From positions 34,491 through 98,490 of the forward strand of contig NIVC01002965.1 of the NCBI GenBank assembly GCA_002269645.1: a DNA stretch of 64,000 nucleotides, in the 5' to 3' direction. Below, in pieces: positions 1-12,300 of this stretch (position 1 is the stretch's first letter; each line of letters opens with the position of its first letter). Source of the DNA: Macrostomum lignano (taxonomy: Eukaryota). The position numbers and the translations under genes were made by a program. A model generated the notes under the pieces. That model ran no database searches, was not told the DNA's origin, and was given only the letters and a program-made list of their open reading frames with translations.

Positions 1-380
1 CAGTCGGTTTGGTCCGGAGCTGAACTTCGGGCTCCATTCCAGAGCCTTAAGTTGACATGAGATCCCCATTTTATCCCCTTTATCCCCTGGGACCCCAAGG
101 AAGGGAGCCGGATGGGATGTCTCGGCGATTCTAGTCGTCTGGGCCGACAAGTTATCGATTGCAGTCGGTTTGGTCCGGAGCTGAACTTCGGGCTCCATTC
201 CAGAGCCTTAAGTTGACATGAGATCCCCATTTTATCCCCTTTATCCCCTGGGACCCCAAGGAAGGGAGCCGGATGGGATGTCTCGGCGATTCTAGTCGTC
301 TGGGCCGACAAGTTATCGATTGCAGTCGGTTTGGTCCGGAGCTGAACTTCGGGCTCCATTCTGGTGCTTAAGTTGACATC
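1..380. repeat. 161-bp tandem repeat (2 full units plus a partial third; runs off the window start), within a TSPO intron
   Basis: The unit start CAGTCGGTTTGGTCCGGAGC recurs at 1, 162 and 323. Units look identical until divergence at ~361. Confidence 0.95.
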
Positions 381-644
381 CCCTTTGATAAAATTAATTG
401 GATTACACAGGTGTAACTCATGAATGATTGGGCTACCTTGCTACCATAGACAAAAGCTGCATTACTTTCTCTCATCTCTTTAGTGTACTTTTTATGGACT
501 GTGTGCGTACGTAATTGACGATGACTGCTTCGCCTTCACACTCGCTAGCAAGCCTTATTTGAAAATGACACATCACCTTATTTTAATGTAAGCGACCTTG
601 AAAGTTGATCATCTTCACGACTTTTCACTTCACTAAAACCGCAG

Positions 645-864
645 GGTTGGCCTCGCCTGCCTGGACCTGCTGGCAACCCTCGGCCTTGTTGTCGCCTGCG
701 CTAAGGAATTCTCGTCGGTGAACCAGACAGCCGGCCGTCTCATGCTGCCCTACATTGGCTGGCTGTGCCTGGCTGCTACCCTCAACATCTACATCTGGTT
801 CTACAACGACTCGCGCACCCTTAGCGGCGAAGGTGCCTCCCAGCAGGCCAAGTCGAAGAAGTAA
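645..864 (+). CDS. TSPO: Translocator protein (TspO/MBR family), terminal coding exon
   Basis: Acceptor CAG ends at 644. The phase-1 exon reads VGLACLDLLATLGLVVACAKEFSSVNQTAGRLMLPYIGWLCLAATLNIYIWFYNDSRTLSGEGASQQAKSKK*, matching the TSPO C-terminal pattern (LxPYxxWLxxAxxLNxxIW). Not in the ORF track. Confidence 0.9.
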
Positions 865-1330
865 CTGAAAAAATTGACAAGAAAGAACTTACTGCACTGT
901 TTCCCTAGCTAATATGTAGTTTTTGACTAGTGTAATTTTTCAATGTTAACTAATATTTAAGCAAGAAATTTATAGGTAGCTAGATATATATTACAGATCT
1001 CGGTAGGCTACATACAGAATCTTAAAATGCCTGCGCATTGTTTCTTTTTTGCAACACGTTTATTCAGCTAAACTGAGCCTGAGGTTTAATATTTTATACA
1101 AATTGATCATTTTTCTAGTATGTATTGCTATTAAATTTTATATACAAGCGTACAGTGCCGATTATAATTGATTATTAATCTTAAATAATTGTTTATTAGT
1201 GATTTTCAAGAAAAAATATAGACACTTCCAACTGTATTCCTAAAACTGTGTGACATTTTTATATCAAATTTGTTTACTGATGAACTTAAAATTGTTTTTT
1301 ATTTATTGTCTCTAGCCTGAATTAAAGGTA

Positions 1331-2065
1331 GTGCGTTTCCGGGGGATGCAGTGGGTCTTCAGGAGATGCAGTGAGTCTTCAGGAGATGCAGTGGGTCTTC
1401 AGGAGATGCAGTGTGTCTTCAGGAGATGCAGTGGGTCTTCAGGAGATGCAGTGGGTCCTCAGGAGATGCGGTGGGTTTTCTGGGGATGCAGTCAGTCTTC
1501 AGGAGATGCAGTGGGTCTTCAGAAGATGCGGTGGGTTTTCGGGAGATGCAGTGGATCTTCAGGGGATGCAGTCAGTCTTCAGGAGATGCGGTAGGTTTTC
1601 AGATGTAGTGTGCCTTCAGGGCCTGCAGTGGGTTCAGGGACTGTAGTGGGTCTTCAGGAGATGCGGTGGGTTTTCGGGAGATGCAGTGGATCTTCAGGAG
1701 ATGCAGTGGGTCTTCAGGAGATGCGGTGGGTTTTCGGGAGATGCGGTGGGTCTTCAGGAGATGCGGTGGGTTTTCGGGAGATGCAGTGGATCTTCAGGGG
1801 ATGCAGTGGGTCTTCAGGAAATGCGGTAGGTTTTCGGGAGATGCAGTGGGTCTTCAGGGAATGCAGTCAGTCTTCAGGAGATGCGGTAGGTTTTCAGATG
1901 TAGTGCGCCTTCAGGGCCTGCAGTGGGTTCAGGGACTGTAGTGGGTCTTCAGGAGATGTAGCGGACCTTCACGGGATGCAGTGGGTCTTCAGGGGATGCG
2001 TTGGGTTTTCTGGAGATGTAGTGGGTCCTCAGGGGACGCAGTGGGTCTTCAAGGGATGCAGTGGG
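1331..2065. repeat. 20-bp minisatellite (AGGAGATGCAGTGGGTCTTC) with a ~300-bp higher-order duplication
   Basis: Clear 20-bp periodicity. The variant block GTAGGTTTTCAGATGTAGTG...GGGCCTGCAGTGGGTTCAGGGACTG occurs at ~1591 and ~1886. Confidence 0.95.
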
Positions 2066-2774
2066 TCGTCAGAGAAGCAGCTTGTATTTTAAAGCATATT
2101 ATTGTTCGAAAGTTACCAGAAATAATCTACATGCAGCTCGATCACCCAAAAGTAACATAGGGTGCATAGATTGTGATTTGCACTATACACAATATATAAA
2201 ATCTTATCTCGAATTTCAACTTTCAAACCCAAGGTTGCAACAGGGCAGCTGCATGTAGATAGAGATTAGCCATTTCTAAGTCAGGTGTTACTGCCCAACT
2301 GCAGCACTTTCATTTTAGCTGTGCCTTGATTATCCGTGCCGAACTCTTTTGATCCTTGGGTGGGGTTAAATTCCATGCTGCTCTGACGCTATCTATAACT
2401 GACCATTTTACCTTAAGAGAAGACATAGAGAGAGATATTTCACTGCTTCCAAGTCTGTAGCGTTGCAACTACGTTTTTAGATAAAGCTTGCTGCAAAAAT
2501 CATTTTCAATAAGTGTCATTTGAGTGCACACAACTAGAAGCATATTTTATCAGGTTTTGGTAACTCTGGAAATTTAGCAGATGCGAAATTGTTTCTCTGG
2601 CTTAGATACGAGTAGTTAGAAATATGGCTCTGGTTATACCTGGGTAAATACAGTAAGTAGTAAGTTGAGTCTAATTGAAATCCTGCAAACTCCAAGTGTG
2701 CAGGATTTCCCGCATACTGACGCAGATCGACGCATCCCAGGGGTTAGAAAAATTGGGGCGTACCCCTCTTGGGG

Positions 2775-3095
2775 GGGACAGCTTTAGAGACTTTGGTTTG
2801 GACATGTGGGGTCCAGCTCAGACTGCAGCGGTTTGCCCAACGCTCGGCATGGTGGTTGAAGGCTTGGAGGAGGTCTCATAGGACCGCGGTTGATGGTTCA
2901 GCCATAGGGGTGGTAACAGCGTCCGTATAGCGGACCTTGTGTACCGGGTCAGGACACGGACTGCTGAGAAAATCTTCCATGACCACGTTCTAGAGAATTG
3001 GGCTGAGGACTCCACCTTGCGGTCCACCTTTCTGGGCCTCCACATAGCAGGAGTGCCCGAGGACGTGCAAGGTGGTAGTCCGATGAGAGACCATT
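2775..3095 (-). mobile_element. Degenerate non-LTR retrotransposon reverse-transcriptase fragment
   Basis: Manual minus-strand translation gives LGHSCYVEAQKGGPQGGVLSPIL*NVVMEDFL...VRYTDAV...L*DLLQAFNHHAERWANRC. This is the PQGGVLSP / YADD RT region with in-frame stops. Confidence 0.8.
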
Positions 3096-3313
3096 AACAG
3101 AATTACTACGTATCCAATAGAAAGTTAGACGTCTTCAATACGTATTTTTTAGGTCGTAAGAACGTCCGCGAGACGTATCCAATGCATTTATGATCCTCAA
3201 AAAGCTGGTTTCTACAAAAAAGGAGAATAAATAATGTTTCTATTACTATTTATTACTTGTGTGAGACAGTGGCTCGCAACAGAAGACAATGGCGCTCAAT
3301 TTAACGCAGTGGC

Positions 3314-6300
3314 TTTGACTTATTTGACTTAGCTGCAGGGTGGTCCGTAGACACAGTGGGGAGGCGAGGGTTGCCCATTCCGCCAGCCCCTGAAGGCCCG
3401 CAGACAGGCAGAGGCGTGGGGCCGGTCAGGGTGGTTCGCCGGTCCGTCCTGCCGCATGATCTTTCGTAGGGAAAAAAGTGGCTCGTCTTGTCGCCCGAAG
3501 AAACTGGATGAGCCGTGGGATACTGTCGGGCCGGCAGAACTTGTCAATAGACGGGTTCGGCCCGAGATAGCGCAGCCGGTCTCTTGGTAAAGAAAGGGCA
3601 GAGACAAACAAAGTGCAGAGCATCTTCATGGTCGTATTCGCAAAAAGGGCAAATTTCACTATTGAGGAAGAAGTGCCTGGCGAGGTAGCCATGGCTGGTA
3701 AGGGTCATGACGAGGGTGCGATTATCCATCTGTTTTTGGTTCATAACGACGTTTCTGAGCCTGCAAGAGGGGCACGGAACCACGGCTCGTGATTGCCGGC
3801 AGTTCTGGGTGCCTGCCCATCTGTCCATGTGAAGGGAATCAGCCTAGTCATCGATCTGACGATTGATGACCGTAGAAGGGATACGCTCGTAGGGACCACG
3901 GGCTCAGGGCCTAGAAAGGAGGGTGTCTGCCAACTAAATGTACTTCCCGGGAACCCTGTGTGCCCTGGGATCCACTTCAGCATTGAAAGTATTGCTACTG
4001 GCCAGGAGGTTGAGCTCCCGAGCGCAGCCAGCGACTGTCCGGGAGTTTGTGGTGGTGTGGCAAAGGGCCTGTAAAGCCGCTTGGCTGACAGTTGATGACG
4101 ATAGTCTCTTGTCTCGTACCCTTGGCATTCAGTTCTGCGGCGCAAGGGCTGATAGCAAGGACTTGGTTCTGGAAGACGGTAGAGAGTCTGCCAGTGTGCT
4201 GACCATGCGTGGCAATGACGCGGCCGTCGACGATGATGCAGACCCCAAATCCAGCGTAGCCGTCTTTGATGGTTCCGTCCGTGTTGCAATGGACCTTCTG
4301 GAAATTCCAGGTGTCAGTGGCAGCATCCTTGAGGTTATGTGACTTTGTAGCGGTCAAAGAGGTTGAGAGTGCGGGGTTCACCGTCAGATAAGACGTGGAG
4401 CCCGCCACCGTCTCTCAAGTCTTTGAGGCAGAGGTCGGCGTGAGGCAGGAGTTTGCGCTTAGCCATAGCCCTATGGGGCAGGAAACGAATGCCGGCGTCA
4501 ATAAGACGGCGGGCAGTCTTAGCCGCAGTTCCCTGCGAACGAAGATGTCCAGCGGGGGAATGTTGAGGAAGGCGTTGCAGAGGCGTAAGGAGCAGACGGG
4601 GGGCGCTTATGATCATGCGGCATGCGCGCCCTTGCGCTCTCCTGAGAGTCTCCAGGCAGGTCTTCATCTGCAGGGCGCTAGCCCAGATCAGGCCGCCGTA
4701 CGAGATAGCAGGCCTAACCATTGCAGTGTTGGGGTTAAGCCCCCAGGTGGTGCCGACGGCCCTGTGCAGCTACGCGAGAACTGCAAGGGCACTCTTGGCT
4801 TTAGCCTGAACGTGGGTGACCAGTTAAGCCTGTGGTCCAGGGTAATCCCTAGACATTTAGTCTGCTGGCAGAAGGGGATTTCCCTTCCGTAAAGCGTGAG
4901 CGGCCGAATCTGCCACTTGGTCCTGCTGGTGAACATGATCGCTGCCGTCTTAGTCTTAGAGAGCTTTAGACTGAGCTTTAGAGCTTTAGAGATCCATTGC
5001 TCTGAATGAAATTCTGGATGAAATTCTGAAGGAGGTCCTTGACGGTGTCAGGGGACGGACCAAACACCACTGCGGAGACATCGTCCGCATATTCTACTTT
5101 CAGAATGGGATCAGGCCGAGCATCCCGAAGGAGCTCATCAACAATATTCCAGAGAACTGGAGACAGCACCCCAACCTTGCGGGCTACATTTGCAGACGGG
5201 GATCGTCCTCTGGTAGACCAGCGAGCTATGGCCGTGCGATGGCTGATCATGTACATGATCCATCTGGTGAGATGTGAGTGCGTTTGCCTTTCACAGAGGG
5301 CTCTCCGGAAAGCCTCGAAGAGGACGTTATCGAAGGCGCCAATGACGTTCAGGAAGATCCCCAGAGCGAAGTCGAAGCACGGCCTTCTCTAATTTATCGA
5401 CCAGGACGTGTAGCGCGCTTTCGGTGGAGCGACCCGCCCGAAAAAGTCCTTCTTTAAGCTTTGAAGGGCTTAAAGGAGGTAGCTGCTCTTACGATGCGTT
5501 CCTCCGTGATGATAGAGGCAGCCAGCGCGTGACCTCCTCAAAGTGATCCGGGTGGTCAGGTTAGTCGGCTCGTTGGGAAAAACGCATGGAGCATTGTATC
5601 AAGCGTTTCCCTTGAGTTATGCGTAGGCGTGCCATCGGTGCGTTTTATCGAGGAAAGCTTAGACATTTTTTGTCCAGCGTAAGCGCATTCACGACTCGTA
5701 AAATCATGGATTGCTTCATGATAGGCGGCTTGGTCTGCTGGGCTCTTGGTTTAGTTGCTCTGCGGTGGAGTCTCTTAGCTCTGCAATGGAGGTTGCCGAG
5801 CTCGGGATTCCCCCACGGCGCAGATGTTTCCCTTTACGAGTATAGGCTTTTAAAGGGCAGGATGCCTCAAAGGCGTTTATGGCGTTTATGTCAGCACAGT
5901 CGCGCACGTCATGATCGTGGATGGTTGGACCGAATATTGATGGAACTCCTTCAGGGCGAGTCTAAAGGTATCCCAATCAGTGTTTTTGGCGTTCCGTCTC
6001 CACGTAACGCGGATTCATGCTGCGCGCGGCCATCAGGTTGAAGGAGATGAACTTGTGATCGGAGACGGAGGACGCCGGAGGCACCCGCCACGCCTCAGTG
6101 CTTTGGTAGAGCCTGGATGTTGCCAGTGTGGCATCGATCACCTCCTAACATCGTCGGTTATCAGAGATAGGAGCCAGAATTGCAGAAATCGAGGGTCGTG
6201 GAGGCAACAGAGGCGCTAGGAGGTTAATGCCTCCCGTGGACCCGTAGGAGGTTAATGATTAATGCCCGTGCTGCCCCAGTGAGTATGTTGGTCGTTGATA

Positions 6301-8649
6301 TCGCCGGCAACCATGAGCTCCTATGTTTTGGCGGAGCAGAGCTCGACTAACGTATAGAGGGTTCTGTGGACGACTGCAACATCGCCTGGTAAGGTAAAAC
6401 CGAGGCAACGAGGGTGATCTTCCCAGGAAAGAGGTCCTCAGATTGGCTGACGCAGATGACCCTGTTAGACAGGTCCAATCTGAGCCACGCGCTGGGTGTT
6501 TTAGCCACAAAGATGCAGGCTCTGGGAGGCTGACTGGCCTCGCGTGGGTAAGTATAGAAACAATAGTAGCCGGAAGGGGCGTTCTGAGGCTTACCTTTTA
6601 GGCTCCAGGTTTCCTGCACGAGTTCGGCATGTCGTCCAGCATGTCGAGCTCGGCGTAATGCACAAGGTTGACCGAGGCTACTATGCGGTGCTGCAGATTG
6701 ATCTGCAGGCATCGGATTCCCTGGCTGCTGATCATTATCACGTGGGGCAGCGAAATCGTGGAGCAGGTCATCCTCCTCCTTTTCAGAGGTGATTGGCCTG
6801 CAGACCTCCATGGGAGCTTTAGCGTCCTCGGCAGTTAGGGTGGCTGTAGAGTCCTCCGCGGGCGCAAGCCCAGCGAGGACGTTTCCGTCGCCTCCCATGG
6901 GTGCTTCGGTGCCGTCACTACCCAACCCCTCCACCTTGTTGTCAAGTCGATGCGGGTGATGCCAGCCTCCTGTCGAGGAAGGATCCCCAACGACCAGTCG
7001 GTCAACGTCTCCCTAGCTACAACCTGCAAGGCTTTCTGGCTGTCGGGATGGAGCGCGAGAAGGGCGGACCCGGACCTCCGGGTGCTCCTGGTAGGTCTGC
7101 GGTTGCGGTTGCCGGATTCAGCAGCGTGAACTGCCTTACCGGGCTGGGGATCAGCCGCTTGCCCCAGCTTCTTAGCCGGAGGAGCCTGGGCCCCAGTTCC
7201 GGTTTTGAAAGCCTCAGCATGCTTGGCTTCGTCAGCTTTCCGCTCCTCACAACGGAGGATGGTCAGCTGAGTCTGACCAAGGTATATTGTGGACTTAGGC
7301 AGCAAGCGCTTTAACCCAATCGTCAGAGAGAACTAGGATCACCGTGGCCCCCCTCTTTTGCGGGAAGTGGTGTGATGCAAGTTCCCATTAACCTCAAGGT
7401 CAGGGTGCAGCTTCAGCAGGATCTGCCTCAGCTAATCTCCCGACTTAATGCCAATGCCGGTCGGGATACAGACGCGAAAGCCTTGGGTCTTTTGTCGCAC
7501 GCCCTTGCTGGCGAGGACGAGTTTGCGGAGCTTCTTGGCCAGTTCTGCTTTGGCAGAAGCTCGTGTAGACATCGGCTTCTCTTCTCCGAGTTTCACGAGA
7601 TAAAAATGCAGCCGTCGGTCTTGGCTGATTTGACCACGCTCACGGGGTGGCCTGCTAGGCGCTGGTCAATAAGTGTAGCCTCAATAGTGCGCTAGGCACT
7701 GTCGAGCTCATCGGCAGTGAGGTCTTGCTCCTCCCCGAAGACGATGACCGCAAGTTGGAGCTTGAGCTTTGAGGCATAGTTGGTGGCGGCGGCTCCCGAA
7801 GGCCCGGCCGCGCTGATGGCAGTTTTGCTGGATGGCATACCAGCGGGGGTTGTTTCCTGGGGGGGGGGCAGGGATCGCTGTGGCTCCTTTCGGCCCAACA
7901 GCAGCCTCGCCCTCCCGAAGTTCCGCCTCCGCAAGTGGCCGGCCCGCAGCCTCCCTGTCGCGTTGTCGCCATCGCCGCTCGTTGTGGCGTTAATTGGGGG
8001 CACGTCGTTTTGTCGCCAGGCGAGCCAATGGCGACCTTAACTGCCCCCGGTGGGGCGGCGCTGGCGCCAGAATCACCGCCCGAAGTTCAAGGGGGTCACA
8101 GCTTCAACGGGAATATTAGAGGCGGAGGATGCCATGGCTGAAAGAGGGAAGGAGTGAGCGGAGTCACAAGGAAAAAGATAGAAAGAAAAAAGTGGTTTTC
8201 TAGCGACCAGACTAGCTACTCCGCGGCCTTCCAGCCCATCGGCGCGGTCAAACACCTTAGCCATTAGAGGGTACGCTAAGCAGTACCACGGCCTGCGGAC
8301 AAGCGAGCCAAACCCGCATACCCAAGTTCGGCAAAAGCCACTGGATGGGTACCCAGCGTTGGAGCCCAGTCTGTCCAGCAGCTCCAGGGTCTGCCTTGAA
8401 CACTCTCGGGGACGAGTACCCCTGGGTTGACTTGCAAACAGCGTGGGAGAGTCTGCGGTTGCCAGAGGCAAATAGATGGAGCAGACCTCCTGCCAGCCTG
8501 TAACTGCTGCGCTGAAGATAGAGGAAGGTGTGAAGCATCGCAGACAGTAGCCCATAGGCCTAGTCTGTCTCATACTTCGCTGGTGTGCTGAATACGCCTA
8601 AACGCCTTTAGCCTTTACGCCTAAACGCCTTTACGCCTTTACGAGCTCC
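3314..8649 (-). mobile_element. Full-length but decayed LINE, LOA/R1-like (ORF1; ORF2 with APE, RT, RNase H and CCHC finger)
   Basis: Frameshifted minus-strand pieces: APE (LQINLQH, LVQETW, PRACIFV, AGDINDQHTHWG) ~6270-6720; RT (GVLSPVLWNI, VEYADDVS, KCLGITLDHRLNW) ~4830-5400; RNase H (TDGTIKDGYAGFG, STVFQ, SQAALQAL, WIPGHTG) ~3950-4300; CPFC..H..C finger ~3600-3650; ORF1-like region ~6900-8150. Short tandem 3' tail and a 30-bp flanking direct repeat. Clade assignment is from domain order, not a tree. Confidence 0.9.
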
Positions 8650-9326
8650 AGACAGTGGCGCTCAATTCAATACGGTGACACCCTATACAAAGCTAAGGGG
8701 CTGTCACTTAAAGAAATCATTTGAAGCTCCATAAAAAGCCGAGCAACATTTTTAGGACATCGGCATTTGGTATTAACTAGACTCGTTGAATATATAAATA
8801 TTGTATTGTCGCTAATTTTCAATACTTTTATCTGGCACGTTTTCTGTTAGCTTGTGAATGACGGGGCCTTTAATTGCACTGATCAACCCCCATAGCAACG
8901 GTTCAATTCATAAATAGGAAAACTAGCAGCGCGTCTTACTAGTGAACTCACACGGTCTTAGCAGTATGAAATGCCTACTAATTGTGCTCTGCCTTTTCGT
9001 CCCTCCCAGCAAGCAGAGGGTGATAATGCCAAACAGAAACTGTGGAGATTACAAAATGCATTGAACATTCTCTTTCTCACAAATGCTGCTGCTGGCAACA
9101 CAGTTTGCTATCAATCGAGCAGCGCATGCCACGTTGGCCTGCCACTCCGATAAAAGTTTTGAATAGCGCGAATTACTGCACTGGAAAATCTGCGGTAGAA
9201 TTGAATTCGCTATTCAATATATAGGCTGAACCCTGGGGGTTCAAATGTCACTATCTACCTGCGGAGCGGTTTCTGTATCGGCAATTAGTCAACCAAAGTG
9301 CAGCTAAACGCATTAACGAGTTGGCC

Positions 9327-12300
9327 ATGTCGAAACAGATACCTCGGCAGGACGAGCAGTTAGAAGCTGTCCAAGCGGTGAATGACGGTGATTCAGTAGA
9401 CTCCGAGGATGACCAACACTGCGGCATAGGCGGTCTCAGGCCAGCCTGGATGCAGTCTTGCCGACGCTTCAGTATATTCTTCATGTGTCTGATTGGCACT
9501 TCTATCGCTACATCACTGCTCAGCACCTATCATAATTCCATGGTGAGCACGTTCGAGAAGCGATTCGACTGGAAGACTCAAACAGTTGGCTTTGTGCTGG
9601 CTTCCAACGATTTTGGCTACCTGGCCTCCGTGCTGTTCACCGCCCACTTCGGCAGCATGAGCCACCGGCCCAGGCTGCTGGCTGCGTGCAACTTCGCTTA
9701 CGGCACGACTGGCATCATCTACTTCCTGCCGTATTTGTTATTCGGCTCGAAGTTCACCACCGACGAGGTGTTTGGAACAAGGCCTGGCGGTCCAAATTCG
9801 TCAGCCATAACTTTGTCCAGCTCGAAGATTCCGTACTGCAAAGCACCAGCTGATGACTTGGCGATGGAGATGGCTGCTCCAGGAGTGCAAGATAATTTCA
9901 CTTTTGTCGATACTCGATGGAGCTCTGCGATCCAGTCTAACGTGGCTTTTGTCATCTTTCTGTTTGGCGGAGTCGTCCAGGGTGTCGCTGTGGGACCGTT
10001 CTGGAATGTGGCGTTCGCTTTTATCGATGACATGACCAAGCAGTGGTCTGGCGTGTTTATTGGTGAGCTGAATTTCACTTCTTTGTGCCTTAAATTAAAT
10101 TGGACTAAGTTAGTACTGGTATCAGTTACTAAGTATCAGATAGTTCGATCTGGTATAAAGAGGGGGAGCGTTGTCTTTTGTCAGGTTATAACTAAGCCAA
10201 TCTATTGAATCAGAGTAGTTCGGTTATCTCTGAGGTTGTTTATTCAATGTATAATATCGGTCGAAAATTGCTTACGCTCGTAATAGAAGGAAGATCGGCG
10301 AAGTTGTAAGTTTGCTTGAACGAAGTTTTCAGTCTCGCTTGGGAGATGTTTTCTTTGTAAACTACTGCTTCCTATTGGCTGAGACTGGGTGGGGGAGGGT
10401 CGTATCAGCAGCATTTTAATTGATTGCATGGTAATGCATTCAAAGATGGATAGAAACTATGGGGCCAAAAATAATCACTTCGGCTCGACTGATGTTATCC
10501 ATATTATAGAAGGTGACTAATTATGTTGAGTACGAGTATCTCGTGGTGCTAGAGTGATAAAATAACATGGTAACTTGATCAATAAGCTGACTTGCCACCC
10601 GAATCGGATCGCAGGTTTGTACACTCTGCTGAGGGCAGTCGGCCCTATCATGGGCTACCAGCTTGGCTCCAGGACGACAAAGCTGAACGAGAATCTGAGC
10701 GGAACCCTCAGCCAGTTTGTCGGCAGTCAGAAAAGTCCCCTGTGGATTGGTGCCTGGTGGCTTGGCTATTTAGCCACCGGAATTCTGGGCATGTCCGCCT
10801 CTCTGCCTCTGTTCTGTTTTCCAAGAAACGTGCCCCTCCGAGTGAACACAGATCCCAGCAAGCTGCGGAATCCAGTCATCAGGCTGCTGTTGAAACAGTC
10901 CGAGAAGAAGGATGACATTTTGCAACAGGAGGAACTGGGAAATCCGGAGTCGCGCAAACAGGAGAAAACGTTTCTAGGTGAGGTTTTCGAGATACGAGAC
11001 AAAATCCATACTAAAGGAGCAAAAGTATATAACCAATAGAGCCGAGGAATTGTCATTTTACACCGAACTCATTTGTAAAAAAACAGAAAAACTTCGTATC
11101 TCAATTTTGACCCATCAAAAATACGAGCATAGATCTCCTAAGTCTGCTTCACGCGTCTGGCACGAATTTGAATTGCGAACTGATTAGAGTGTTCAATTTA
11201 CCTTTCAGGTCTTTTCCGCTCGCTAAAGCGTCTGTTTATTAATCCAATTTTTCTGTGCTTATTAATTGGCAACTTTTTCGAATTCGTGGCATTGAGCACG
11301 CCTATTAACTACAATGCCAAGTACTTGGAGCACCATTTCGACTTGACTCAGAGCGAGGCAAGTTCAATTACTGGTAAGTTAAAACAAAGTTACTTGACTC
11401 TGAGTTATTGAGCTGTATGAAAATCTAGGCCTACAGTATAGTAAGCAATGCCATGGACAGCTGAAATGGAAGGGCAATAAACTAAAATTTCTTAGAAATT
11501 GCCTGGAAGTCGGTAAGGCACGGTCGATATTTGCCGCATCGCCAGTGCATTTAGTGCATTTTGCATCTTACTTCAGTTTTCCGTGAGCGATGCATGATTA
11601 AAACAAACTCACGTAAATGTTATAAATGTTATTCTTCAGGCCTAGTGATGCCGGTCACGTTTGGTGTTGGGCTCATGCTGAGCATCGCGATCTCATATCG
11701 CTTCCAAATGACCATGTACTCGCTAGCTCGCTTCCACGCATTTGTGCATCTGTTCGGTATTCTACGGTACTACCTTGGCACTTTGTTTGTCTGTCCTACT
11801 CCGCAAGTGCTCACTAGTCCGAGTTCATCACCAGCCGCAGGTGAGTGACTCAACGCCCGGTAGATGGTTTGGATTCCAAAGTGACACTCAACCCACAACT
11901 GGCAAGAGAGCTCTTACAACTTACATGTAGGCAAGAACTTCAAGGTTCTTGATTTATGCTGTTTTTAATGCTCAAGAGGAGAGAGCAAAGTAGATAGACG
12001 GTTGGTGCTTCTACCTGACTCTCGCATCGAAGTACACAGTTTTAGTGAATGTGGGACTCGAGCAAGAAAATCACCTATGGGCTTATGCAATTCTCGCCCT
12101 AGAAAGCAGTTCCCAAATCACTGAGTGTGATTAAAGGCTTGACGATGAGAAAGTTAGGGCTGATGTGTACACCCTGAGTAAGTTCGTGCCCTGGCTGCCG
12201 GGTCGATTGTCGCTTGCACGCTCGGATCGGAGGTCAGAATGCGCTGCGTTGAGTGCAACCGAAAGCTGACCTACTGTTTTGCTACACACTATACCTCAGG

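Noticed and set aside
1331-1941. ORFs in the 20-bp satellite, and similar ORFs at 26110-26454, 27022-28106, 32681-33737, 36179-36953, 39665-39989, 57543-58472 and 60019-61407
   Set aside because: They are translations of tandem repeats, open in several frames at once. Only the short real exon 27055-27156 inside one of them is retained.
8150-8650. HDV-like ribozyme at the LINE 5' end
   Set aside because: A candidate P1 (GGGTACT/GGTACCC) exists, but the P1.1 GG and the P4/P2 geometry could not be built by hand; a descriptor search is needed.
8694-8873. Possible small MITE (TAAGGGGCTGTCA...TGACGGGGCCTTTA)
   Set aside because: The TIR match is short and imperfect, with no second copy in the window.
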